From Candidatus Nanoarchaeia archaeon (lineage in GTDB: Archaea; Nanobdellota; Nanobdellia; Woesearchaeales; DATDSP01), in assembly GCA_035291205.1 (NCBI GenBank), contig DATDSP010000082.1, positions 1 to 28,495 of the forward strand: a DNA stretch of 28,495 nt, written 5' to 3'. Under the pieces are notes generated by a model. The model was not told where the DNA came from. It searched no databases and was given only the letters and a program-made list of their open reading frames with translations. Numbering within the stretch: position 1 is the stretch's first letter; the number at the start of each line of letters is the position of its first letter. A program made the translations under genes and the position numbers. Below, piece after piece: positions 7,856 through 17,044 of the stretch.

Positions 7856-7955
7856 TTTTGCTTTGTTTTTGTTTTTTTTCTTGTAGTATTAAGTATGGTA
7901 AGGACTGTGTTGATTGTGGTGGTAAAAAAGAAGCGTACACTAATTTTTAAATGCT

Positions 7956-7978
7956 CCCCCCTGGTTTCGCTTGGAAAT
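7956..7978 (-). promoter_or_regulatory. ORB-like origin recognition box with G-string
   Basis: Minus strand reads ATTTCCAAGCGAAAC-CA-GGGGGG, resembling the archaeal ORB consensus TTCCAnnnGAAAC...GGGG. Confidence 0.65.
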
Positions 7979-8016
7979 GTGTTGTTTTGAATTAGTAATT
8001 GTTTTAGGTTAAGGAT

Positions 8017-8095
8017 TGTTTTAAATGAACAGAGGTATTGCATTGATGACCGTTCTGATTAATGACTGTTTTAAATGAACAGAGGTATTGCATTG
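8017..8095. repeat. 29-bp exact direct repeat, two copies, 50-bp period
   Basis: TGTTTTAAATGAACAGAGGTATTGCATTG at 8017-8045 and 8067-8095. Confidence 0.9.
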
Positions 8096-8531
8096 GTGAG
8101 CGGAACAGACATTCAAAATATTCTTCTTCGCAGAGGAGGTCACCAAAAAAGCTTATGCTCGCAATATTGATGACAACTACAGACCTGCCAATGTAGATTT
8201 CCCACTTAACTTGACAGCACCTATGATTGGTAACTTTTTTATATAGATGGTTGTTTTATAATTTATAATTATTCTATAAAATAATAATGTTAATATATTA
8301 TAAATTATGATTGAAAATATTTTAATATGAACGGTAATTAATAATAATAGTTTTCAATATAGAAAATAATGTTTTATTGTTTTCTTCTCATTTTTCCAAT
8401 ATGTTATAGTTTATGCGTTTTTTACAACATTTTTAATACACAATACACATTACTTTATTTTTATTAGTAATTCAACAACAAACAAGAGTAAAGAAAACAA
8501 CACCATTTAACAAAAACAATCAAATTCATGT

Positions 8532-8593
8532 TTTCCAAAGGAAATCACACACCCCATTTACTCCCTATTAAATGCATATTTCCCAAAGGAAAT
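8532..8593 (+). promoter_or_regulatory. Two mini-ORB-like boxes
   Basis: TTTCCAAAGGAAAT (8532-8545) and TTTCCCAAAGGAAAT (8579-8593), about 130-190 bp upstream of cdc6. Confidence 0.65.
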
Positions 8594-8723
8594 TATGTAT
8601 TAGCACAAAGAAATCACGGAAAAACATGTACAAAAAGTAAAATACAACTTTCTTTTAAACATATTTAAACCAAATCTTTCCTTAACAATAAATTATATAA
8701 ACCACTCAACAAGCTGTTTTTTC

Positions 8724-9953
8724 ATGGTTGAAAAAGGATTGGTAGATTTTTTTGAAAAAAAATTGGACAAAGAGTCTGTGTTTCTTGACAAAAAATTACT
8801 TCAGGGCTCGTATACTCCAGATACAATAAAACACAGAGACGAACAAATAAATCAGATAGCGAATATACTTTTTCCAATACTTAAGCTTGAGAAGTGTTCG
8901 AACATATTTATATATGGAAAAACAGGCACGGGAAAGACACTTACAGTAAAATATGTATGCCACGAAATTTCAAAGGTTTCAATCAACCAACAAATTCCTC
9001 TTAAAATAGTTTATGTAAATTGCAAGCTTAAAAAAATTGCTGATACAGAATACAGATTGTTGGCGCAGCTTTCAAGGGAGTTTGGAAAAACAATCCCCCT
9101 CACAGGACTTCCAACAGACGAGGTTTACAGAATTTTTTTTGAATCAATAGATTCGAGAAAGCAGTACATCCTCCTAATACTTGATGAGATTGACCAACTT
9201 GTTAAAAAAGCAGGTGATGAAATTTTGTACAGCCTTACAAGAGCAAACACCGAGCTTAATCAGTCTCAAATTTCAATAATAGGAATATCAAACGATCTTG
9301 TTTTTGCAGACAACCTCGACCCCAGAGTTAAGTCATCTTTAAGCGAGGAAGAAGTTCTGTTTCCACCATATAATGCACTCCAAATAAAAGAAATTTTGAA
9401 GCAAAGAACAGCCATAGCATTTAAAGAAGGAACCCTTGACGAGGGGGTAATAGAAAAATGTGCTGCATACGCTGCTAGAGAGCATGGAGATGCAAGAAGA
9501 GCAATTGAACTTTTGCGCGTGGCAGGGGAAATTACAGAAAGGAAAAATGAGCTGAAGGTTTCTCTCGAACACCTCGATGAAGCAGAGGAAAAACTTGAAA
9601 AGGACAGAATTGTGGATATTGTTTCCAGCCATCCAAAACAATTTCAGGCAGTTTTATATTCAATAATCTATACAACAAACAGAACAAAAAAAATATTTAC
9701 AGGAGAAATATATAATTTTTACAAAATTCTCTGTGCAAAAACAAATATCCGGCCCTTGACACAAAGAAGGGTTTCTGATGTTGTAGCTGAATTTGATATG
9801 TTTGGGATAATAAATGTAAAAGTAATTTCTAAAGGCAGGCACGGAAGAACAAGAGAAATTTCACTTGCAATACCAAGTTCAACAAAAGAAAGAATTAAAA
9901 AAATACTTGAGGAATCTCTGGAAATTAAAGATGGAACAGGAGATATTAACTAA
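8724..9953 (+). CDS. cdc6: Orc1/Cdc6 replication initiator
   Basis: Walker A GKTGTGKT, Walker B LILDEID, LDPRVKSSL, FPPYNA, HGDARRAI and C-terminal wHTH ISKGRHGRT. Confidence 0.97.
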   Translation: MVEKGLVDFFEKKLDKESVFLDKKLLQGSYTPDTIKHRDEQINQIANILFPILKLEKCSNIFIYGKTGTGKTLTVKYVCHEISKVSINQQIPLKIVYVNCKLKKIADTEYRLLAQLSREFGKTIPLTGLPTDEVYRIFFESIDSRKQYILLILDEIDQLVKKAGDEILYSLTRANTELNQSQISIIGISNDLVFADNLDPRVKSSLSEEEVLFPPYNALQIKEILKQRTAIAFKEGTLDEGVIEKCAAYAAREHGDARRAIELLRVAGEITERKNELKVSLEHLDEAEEKLEKDRIVDIVSSHPKQFQAVLYSIIYTTNRTKKIFTGEIYNFYKILCAKTNIRPLTQRRVSDVVAEFDMFGIINVKVISKGRHGRTREISLAIPSSTKERIKKILEESLEIKDGTGDIN

Positions 9954-11418
9954 AAAAAAAGAAATAATCCATTTTTTAATCGAAAAAAACGTTCTGGTAG
10001 AAGAAAAATTCCTCGAAAAACTTGACGACACATCAAAACTTAACAGCATTTATTTTCAGATTAAGAATCAAAGAATTCATCCTGAAAATCTGAGCGAAAT
10101 TTTTGATATTAAAATTGAAGACGAAAACAAAAACAAAGATGAGTTGAGAGAAGAGGACGTCAAAGTACTTTTTTCCTATGAAGAAAAAGATTTCAAAAAA
10201 AGGGAAGTGGGGAATTTTGTTTCGTATTTCAATTCAAGGTATAAATCAATAGAAAGGATGCTCAGGCAAAGGCAGGAGCTTGAAGGAGTAACAACAATTT
10301 CCCGGGTTATTGGGAAAAAAGACAGAGACTCGGTTTCAGTTATAGGTATGGTAAGTGGAAAAAGAATATCAAAAACAGGCAGCATACTCCTGACTGTTGA
10401 GGACATTACTGGAGAAATAACTGTAATAATTAACAAGAACAGACAGGATCTTGCTGAAATCGCAAAATCAATAGTTTATGATGAAATAATAGGTGTTATG
10501 GGAACAAATGGAGGGGGAGTGATTTTTGCAAACAACATAATTTTTCCAGGTGTGCCTTCAAACAAAGAGTTAAAAAAAAGCAATGAAGAAAGCTATGCTG
10601 TTTTTCTTTCAGATCTTCACATCGGTTCATCAAAATTTCTTACAGACGAATTTTCAAGATTTCTTCAGTGGATAAGGGGAGAAACTGAAAATGAAAATCA
10701 TCGCAGTATAGCAAAAAAGGTAAAATATGTCTTTGTTGTAGGTGACCTCGTTGATGGGGTAGGAATTTATCCACGGCAGGAAAGCGAACTTGAAATTAAG
10801 GATATCTATGATCAGTATTCTGAATGCGCGAGGCTTCTTGAAAAAATACCTTCACATATTAAACTGATAATGTGCCCTGGAAACCATGATGCTGTAAGAA
10901 TTTCAGAACCACAACCCGCATTTATGAGGGAATTTTCAGAACCCATCTTTAATCTTAAAAATGCGTTGCTCGTTTCAAACCCTTCTGCCGTTACAATTGG
11001 AATAAAAAATGAATTTCCAGGATTTGATGTGCTTATGTATCATGGCTACAGTTTTGATTATTATGTTGCAAATGTCGATTCGATAAGAAGTCAGGGAGGA
11101 TATGATCGGGCAGATCTTATAATGAAATTTCTTCTTCAGAAAAGGCATTTGGCTCCTGCCCACACGTCAACACTTTACATTCCAGATTCAGCGTATGATC
11201 CCCTTGTTATAGAAAAAATTCCTGATTTTTTTGCAACAGGGCATATCCATAAATCATCAGTTTCAAATTACAAGAATATAACTCTTCTTTCAGGAAGCTG
11301 TTTTCAGGCAAAAACAGCATTTCAGGAAAAAGTAGGGCATCATCCTGAACCATCAAGAGTTCCTGTGATAAACCTGCAGACAAGAGAAATAAGAATATTA
11401 AAGTTCGGGAAGGACTAA
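9931..11418 (+). CDS. polD1: DNA polymerase D small (proofreading) subunit DP1
   Basis: OB fold followed by calcineurin-like motifs SDLHIGS, GDLVDG, GNHD, HG and GHIH. ATG 9931 (MEQEIL) is preferred over the ORF-track start at 9865. Confidence 0.95.
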   Translation: MEQEILTKKKEIIHFLIEKNVLVEEKFLEKLDDTSKLNSIYFQIKNQRIHPENLSEIFDIKIEDENKNKDELREEDVKVLFSYEEKDFKKREVGNFVSYFNSRYKSIERMLRQRQELEGVTTISRVIGKKDRDSVSVIGMVSGKRISKTGSILLTVEDITGEITVIINKNRQDLAEIAKSIVYDEIIGVMGTNGGGVIFANNIIFPGVPSNKELKKSNEESYAVFLSDLHIGSSKFLTDEFSRFLQWIRGETENENHRSIAKKVKYVFVVGDLVDGVGIYPRQESELEIKDIYDQYSECARLLEKIPSHIKLIMCPGNHDAVRISEPQPAFMREFSEPIFNLKNALLVSNPSAVTIGIKNEFPGFDVLMYHGYSFDYYVANVDSIRSQGGYDRADLIMKFLLQKRHLAPAHTSTLYIPDSAYDPLVIEKIPDFFATGHIHKSSVSNYKNITLLSGSCFQAKTAFQEKVGHHPEPSRVPVINLQTREIRILKFGKD

Positions 11419-11419
11419 A

Positions 11420-11905
11420 ATGAAAAAAAATGCAGAAAACAAAGTGATTGTTGTTTTGGGATATAAAACCGAAGGAAAATCAATCCAGACATTGGAGAGC
11501 AGACTCGACACAACAATTAAATTTTCCATAAAAAACAGGATAAACAAAATATGCCTGTCAGGAGGGAAATCCAGGAATACAACAGAAGCCGAGGCTATGA
11601 AAACTTATCTTAAGGAAAAAGTGAAGGGCAAACAATTGATTACTGAAAAAAAATCAAAAGACACACTTCAGAACGCAGTATTTTCAAGGAGAATTATTGA
11701 TAAAATGAGAGCAGGAACAATTATCATAGTAACTTCGTACCTACATGCCCCACGGGCAAAATTAATTTTTAAAAAAATATTCAAGAACCACAATCTGATT
11801 TTTGTTCCGTCTGAGGACAAAAAATCATTCTTCCAAAACATATCAATTTTTTTAAAGGAAAAATTACTCACAGCCAGAATTTACTTCGGTGGGATAAATG
11901 GTTGA
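11420..11905 (+). CDS. YdcF/ElyC/SanA-like (DUF218) protein
   Basis: VVLG, RL, LSGG, EAEAM, E..S.DT.QNA and IVTS..H.PRA motifs. No evident N-terminal membrane anchor. Confidence 0.85.
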   Translation: MKKNAENKVIVVLGYKTEGKSIQTLESRLDTTIKFSIKNRINKICLSGGKSRNTTEAEAMKTYLKEKVKGKQLITEKKSKDTLQNAVFSRRIIDKMRAGTIIIVTSYLHAPRAKLIFKKIFKNHNLIFVPSEDKKSFFQNISIFLKEKLLTARIYFGGING

Positions 11906-14900
11906 ATGCAGTCAAGAAAATAAAAAATATTTTGAAGCACTAGACTTGAATCTTAAAAGCGCATATGTCTTAGCTGAAGAAGCAAGAAAAAAAGGATTTG
12001 ATCCAGAAACATTTGTGGAAATCAGGCTGGCAAGAGATATGGCTGAAAGAGTTGAAAGCCTAATAAGTTCAGTTGCTCCCCAGATAATGGGCTCAGGAGT
12101 CACAAAAAGAATAAGGGAGCTTGAATCTATTTACGGTGCTCTTGACTGGAGAGTTGCCCTTGTACTTGCTGAGGAAGTTGCAAAGGAAAAATTCTGTAGC
12201 TTTAAAACAAAAAAGGAAGCAATGGAAATGGGCATAAGAACAGGATTCGCATATCACACTGTTGGCATTGTTTCCGCTCCCCTTGAGGGTTTCATAGAAT
12301 TGGACATCAAGAAAAGAAAAGATGGCAGAGATTATTTTGCAGTAAAATACGCAGGGCCGGTAAGGGGAGCAGGCGGAACAGGAGCTTCGGTATCAGTTAT
12401 TATTGCTGATTATGTCAGGAAAAAGATGGGTTATGATGTTTATGACGCTCAGGAAGATGAAATAAAAAGAAGCATAACAGAACTTTCAGATTATCATGAA
12501 AGAATTACAAACCTTCAGTACAATCCTAGTGAGGAGGAAATATCTTTTATAATTCAGAATATTCCTGTCGAAATTGACGGTGATCCTACTGAAGACATAG
12601 AAGTCAGCAACAACAAAGACATTAAGAGAATAAACACCAACCTGATACGAGGAGGGGTCTGCCTTGTTGTTTCTATGCTGGCGCTGAAGGCCCCTAAATT
12701 ATGGAAAGAATTAAGCAAATGGGGGAAGGAATTTGGGCTTGAAGAATGGGAATTTCTTAAAAATTTTATTGAGATTCAGAAGAAGAATAAGGCAAAGAAA
12801 TCAGAAGTTAAAGAGGAAAAGCAAAAAATTTATCCAGATTACACATACATTTCAGATCTTGTTGCCGGAAGGCCGGTTCTTACTTATCCTCTGCGCCAAG
12901 GAGGGTTTCGCCTAAGATACGGAAGAACCAGAACAACAGGATTTTCAGCATCAGCAATACATCCCGCAACAATGATTGTTCTAAACAAGTACATAGCGAT
13001 AGGAACGCAGCTTAAGATGGAGCGACCTGGAAAAGCAACTGTTCTTTCAGTCTGCAGTTCAATAGAAGGCCCGGTGGTAAAGCTCAACAACGGGGATGTG
13101 CTGAAGCTGGAAACAGAATCAAAGGCAAAACAATATAATGATATGGTAAAGGAAATAATTTACTTAGGAGATATACTAATCAGCTATGGAGACTTCCTTG
13201 ACAGGGCACATCCTCTTGTTCCCGCAGGATACTGCGAAGAATGGTGGATTCAGGATTTGGAAAAGGCAATAGTAGATTACTTTGGGAACCTTGATTTGGA
13301 GAAACTTTCTGAATTTGCCGACCTTCCAAGAAATGAACTTCACAAAATTTTAAGAAACCCTTTTGAAATCAATTTTGAAACAGCCCTGATTCTCTCAAAG
13401 AAACTTTCAATACCCCTCCACCCAAAATTCACATATTATTTTAAGTCGATTTCTGCAGAAGAATTTAAAAAAGTTGTAAAATGGCTTACCCGCGCAAACA
13501 TTAAAAGAAATAATGACGAGGTTGAAAAAATCATTCTTCCTTACAGAAATTATTCTGAAGAAAAAAGAATTATAGAACTTCTTGGAATTCCGCACATAAT
13601 TTCAGCAAATGAGTTTGTAATAATCGAAAAAGAAGATGCCAATGCAGTAAATTTTCTTTTTTCTGCAGGCGAAGTCCAATCAGAGGATGTGTTTGAAATT
13701 ATTTTAGTGAAATCAGGTATCAAAGTGATGGATAAGTCAGGCACTTTTATTGGGGCAAGAATGGGGAGACCTGAAAAGGCAAAAATGAGAACACTTACAG
13801 GAAGCCCCCAAGTTCTTTTTCCAGTTGGTGAAGAAGGAGGAAGACTGAGATGTTTTCAATCAGCTCTCGAAGCAGGAAAAGTCAAAGCAGATTTTTCGAT
13901 GTATTACTGCATTTCCTGCAGAAGGCAAACAGTATACACTGCCTGCGAGAATTGTGGTGAAAAAACAGAAAAAAAATTTGTCTGCAGGACATGCGGTATA
14001 ATCGACACGGAGTGTCCGCACAACCCTGTAAGATATTCATCAATAACCCTTGAAATCAAACATTACTATGAAAAAGCGCTTGAAAAGTCAGGAATTCAAA
14101 AAAGTCCTGATCTTGTAAAAGGTGTGAAAGGTACGTCAAACAAAGATCACATCCCTGAAAATCTTACCAAAGGAATTCTTCGGGCAAAACACAAAATATA
14201 TGTAAACAAAGATGGTACTATACGGTATGATATGACTGAGCTTCCAATAACCCATTTCAAACCATCTGAAATAAGGACATCTCTTGAAAATTTGCGCGCG
14301 CTCGGCTATGAACACGATATCTATGGAAGGACATTAGAAAACAAGGAGCAGATTCTTGAACTCAAACCACAAGATATTATTCTTCCTTCTTGCCTTGATA
14401 ATCCTGAAGAACCATCAGATGAGATTTTATTCAGAATTGCAAATTTTGTCGACGACCTTCTTGTTAATTTTTACAATCTTCCCACATTTTACAACTTAAA
14501 GTCAAAAAACGAATTAGTAGGACATCTTGTCATCGGGCTTGCACCCCACATCTCAAGCGGGACAGTCGGAAGGATAATAGGATTTTCAGAGGTGCAGGGG
14601 TGTTATGCTCATCCTCTCTGGCACGCTGCATTAAGAAGGGACTGCGACGGGGATGAAAACTGCGTAATTCTCCTTATGGACGCGTTGCTTAACTTTTCCA
14701 GGCTTTACCTTCCAAACAAAAGAGGGGCGCGTACAATGGATGCTCCATTAGTTTTAACTTCTATTTTGAATCCTTCTGAAGTTGATGATATGGTCCACAG
14801 ACTTGATGTTGCCTGGACTTACCCTCTTGAATTGTACAGTGCAAGTCTGCAGTACAAAAACCCATGGGATGTCAAGATAGAATTGCTGGGAAACAGGCTT

Positions 14901-15395
14901 GGAACAGAAAAACAATATGAAAAAATGGGATTCACACATTCGACATCAAACTTGAATTCTGGTGTGAGATGTTCTGCATACAAAACTCTTCCGAGCATGG
15001 AAGATAAATTGAAAGGGCAGATGATTCTTGCAGAAAGAATAAGGGCTGTTGACGAGTCCGATGTTGCTAAATTGGTAATAGAAAAACATTTTATTAAAGA
15101 CGTAAGGGGAAATTTGAGGAAATTCTCAACACAGCAGTTTAGATGCGTTAAATGCAACACGAAGTACAGAAGAACCCCTCTTGCAGGCAGATGCACCAAA
15201 TGCTCAGGAAACCTCCTTTTTACTGTTTCACAAGGCTCTGTTGTTAAGTACCTCGAGCCCAGCATAAGCCTTGCTGACAAGTACGGTGTTCCAAACTATA
15301 TTAAACAATCACTCCAGCTTACACGAATGAGAATTGAATCTGTTTTTGGAAAAGAAAAGGAAAAACAAGAAGGGCTTGGGAAGTGGTTTGGCTAA
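11898..15395 (+). CDS. polD2: DNA polymerase D large subunit DP2, no intein
   Basis: GIVSAPLEG, YAGPVRGAGGT, RYGRTR, RMGRPEKA, RYDMTELP, catalytic RRDCDGDE, zinc fingers and C-terminal PIP box QEGLGKWF. Confidence 0.98.
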   Translation: MVECSQENKKYFEALDLNLKSAYVLAEEARKKGFDPETFVEIRLARDMAERVESLISSVAPQIMGSGVTKRIRELESIYGALDWRVALVLAEEVAKEKFCSFKTKKEAMEMGIRTGFAYHTVGIVSAPLEGFIELDIKKRKDGRDYFAVKYAGPVRGAGGTGASVSVIIADYVRKKMGYDVYDAQEDEIKRSITELSDYHERITNLQYNPSEEEISFIIQNIPVEIDGDPTEDIEVSNNKDIKRINTNLIRGGVCLVVSMLALKAPKLWKELSKWGKEFGLEEWEFLKNFIEIQKKNKAKKSEVKEEKQKIYPDYTYISDLVAGRPVLTYPLRQGGFRLRYGRTRTTGFSASAIHPATMIVLNKYIAIGTQLKMERPGKATVLSVCSSIEGPVVKLNNGDVLKLETESKAKQYNDMVKEIIYLGDILISYGDFLDRAHPLVPAGYCEEWWIQDLEKAIVDYFGNLDLEKLSEFADLPRNELHKILRNPFEINFETALILSKKLSIPLHPKFTYYFKSISAEEFKKVVKWLTRANIKRNNDEVEKIILPYRNYSEEKRIIELLGIPHIISANEFVIIEKEDANAVNFLFSAGEVQSEDVFEIILVKSGIKVMDKSGTFIGARMGRPEKAKMRTLTGSPQVLFPVGEEGGRLRCFQSALEAGKVKADFSMYYCISCRRQTVYTACENCGEKTEKKFVCRTCGIIDTECPHNPVRYSSITLEIKHYYEKALEKSGIQKSPDLVKGVKGTSNKDHIPENLTKGILRAKHKIYVNKDGTIRYDMTELPITHFKPSEIRTSLENLRALGYEHDIYGRTLENKEQILELKPQDIILPSCLDNPEEPSDEILFRIANFVDDLLVNFYNLPTFYNLKSKNELVGHLVIGLAPHISSGTVGRIIGFSEVQGCYAHPLWHAALRRDCDGDENCVILLMDALLNFSRLYLPNKRGARTMDAPLVLTSILNPSEVDDMVHRLDVAWTYPLELYSASLQYKNPWDVKIELLGNRLGTEKQYEKMGFTHSTSNLNSGVRCSAYKTLPSMEDKLKGQMILAERIRAVDESDVAKLVIEKHFIKDVRGNLRKFSTQQFRCVKCNTKYRRTPLAGRCTKCSGNLLFTVSQGSVVKYLEPSISLADKYGVPNYIKQSLQLTRMRIESVFGKEKEKQEGLGKWFG

Positions 15396-15661
15396 TATTT
15401 TATGAAAAAATCCACAAACTCTTTTTCTTCAGTAGAGGAATTTATTTCAAATTTTTTAACAAACGCGAGCAGAGGGCCTTTTTTACATTGTGCAACAAAT
15501 GTTTTCAAATTTTTTTCATCGCCTTCTGCAACCACCTCAATTTTGTCCAAATCAACATTCCTGACAAAACCCTTTATTTTAAGTTCAGTGGCTTTTCTTC
15601 TTGCAAAATCCCGGAAGCCAACTCCCTGAACTTTTCCTTCTATAATTATTTGCGCCCTCAT
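15392..15661 (-). CDS. acyP: Acylphosphatase
   Basis: GKVQGVGFR phosphate loop and GFVRN (catalytic Asn); 89 aa. Confidence 0.95.
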   Translation of the reverse strand: MRAQIIIEGKVQGVGFRDFARRKATELKIKGFVRNVDLDKIEVVAEGDEKNLKTFVAQCKKGPLLAFVKKFEINSSTEEKEFVDFFIKY

Positions 15662-16074
15662 ATTCTTGACTTAATCGCTGTTTTTGAACCGCAGGCCATA
15701 CATTTCTTGTAAGTCAATCCATTCTCCTTTATGAGTTTTGTATCAGGTTTTCCACATTCATTGCACAAAACAAATTCTTTTGTGTACTCATCAATTTTTT
15801 CATTTATCCTTGAAGCAGAAACCTTCGTGCCTATTATTAAGAGTCCATTTGCAAGCTCTCCTGGAGTAGCGAGTTCCCTTAAAACAAACTTGAGAAGATG
15901 TTCAGGCTCCCTGCCAAGGGTGCTGACAATCTGGGAAAAATTGCTGATTACAGTTTTATTTCCCTGAATATGTCCTCTGACATGAGGAATTTCAAACCTC
16001 TCTGATTTCGCAGCAGTGGTCTCGGGCAGTTCAGTGTATGCTTTTTCAAGCAGGCTTTCGTATTCAGTTTCCAT
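15658..16074 (-). CDS. eif2b: Translation initiation factor aIF-2 beta
   Basis: YESLLEKAY, ERFEIP, GNKTVISNF and zinc ribbon CNECGKPDT...CMACG. Confidence 0.95.
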   Translation of the reverse strand: METEYESLLEKAYTELPETTAAKSERFEIPHVRGHIQGNKTVISNFSQIVSTLGREPEHLLKFVLRELATPGELANGLLIIGTKVSASRINEKIDEYTKEFVLCNECGKPDTKLIKENGLTYKKCMACGSKTAIKSRI

Positions 16075-16180
16075 CTCATTGAAAAACAGCGGTTAATTTA
16101 TAAATGTTGCTGGAAATAGAGATTAAAAATAAGAAAGTGTCATCAAAAATTATTTAAACTAATATCTATACCTTTTCTAG

Positions 16181-17044
16181 ATGTTTGAGCTTTTGTTTAA
16201 CCCAAAAAGAGCCGAGGAAAAACCCCTGTTTGTTTTTTTGTTTGCGATAGCAGTCCACTCGCTGGCAGTCATATTCGGCCTTCTTTTTTTCAAAAAATAT
16301 TCAAGTGTTGTTGTTGTATTCCTCACAGTGATGGCATTCATACCTCTTCTTTACAGGACAATGTTTTCAGAGGCAAAAAAAGGAACATCTTCCAATGATG
16401 AGAGGGAACTCGCGAGACAGCATTCCAGGGCATATTTCTTCCTGATACTCATCTTTGTAGGTGTTTTTTTATCAGCAGCTTCATGGTTTGTTTATTTTTC
16501 ATTCAAGGACCCGGCGACTGTGAAAACCCTGTACAAGGTGCAGACCGATGCAATAGCAAGCATAAATTCAGGCGCCACATCAAACTTTGGAGCAACGACC
16601 AGCATGTTTATGAAAATTTTGATGAATAACTTCAAAGTTCTTGTTTTCTGTTTTTTGTTTGCAGTTATCTTCGGACTTGGGGGTATTTTTATTTTGACTT
16701 GGAATGCGACAGTTGTTGGTGCAGCAATGGGCAATTATGTAAAGTCAAATTTTCTTTCGGCAGTGCCGCACGGTTTTAATATTCTTATTTTCTTACAGAT
16801 TTATGTCTTGGGGTTTGTAAGGTATATGATTCACGGCATTCCAGAAATGCTGGCTTATTTCGTAGGAGCTGTTGCAGGGGGAATGCTTTCAGCCGCATTT
16901 GTGAAAAAATATTTTTCAAAAGAAGAATTATCAGACAAAATAATTCTTGATGCAGTGAACGTGATGATAATAAGCCTTGTTATTTTGGTGCTCGCGGCCA
17001 TAATTGAAGTTTACATAACACCTGCATTATTTAAGAATTTTTAA
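16181..17044 (+). CDS. Stage II sporulation protein M (SpoIIM/DUF95)-like polytopic membrane protein
   Basis: Multiple TM helices with motifs ILMNNFKV, NATVVGAA, HGIPEMLAYF and AAIIEVYITP. Confidence 0.85.
   Translation: MFELLFNPKRAEEKPLFVFLFAIAVHSLAVIFGLLFFKKYSSVVVVFLTVMAFIPLLYRTMFSEAKKGTSSNDERELARQHSRAYFFLILIFVGVFLSAASWFVYFSFKDPATVKTLYKVQTDAIASINSGATSNFGATTSMFMKILMNNFKVLVFCFLFAVIFGLGGIFILTWNATVVGAAMGNYVKSNFLSAVPHGFNILIFLQIYVLGFVRYMIHGIPEMLAYFVGAVAGGMLSAAFVKKYFSKEELSDKIILDAVNVMIISLVILVLAAIIEVYITPALFKNF

Larger units (their letters stand above)
7856..8723. other. Probable chromosomal replication origin (oriC)
   Basis: An 868-bp region without a long ORF directly upstream of cdc6. It has ORB-like boxes on both sides and an extremely AT-rich core (about 8240-8460, DUE candidate). 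The left arm is G/T-rich and the right arm A/C-rich. Confidence 0.8.

Noticed and set aside
8025-8078. Pilin/PilX-like signal peptide (MNRGIALMTVLI)
   Set aside because: The resemblance is only a few residues and the frame stops after 17 codons; it is kept only as part of the repeat finding.
8017-8095. Mini CRISPR array
   Set aside because: Only two repeat copies with a 21-nt spacer, similarity extends beyond the repeat edges, and there are no cas genes in the window.
14620-14670. DP2 active-site variant RRDCDGDEN and possible intein site
   Set aside because: Both catalytic Asp residues of CDGD are present and no intein is inserted; the neighbouring substitutions look like ordinary lineage variation.
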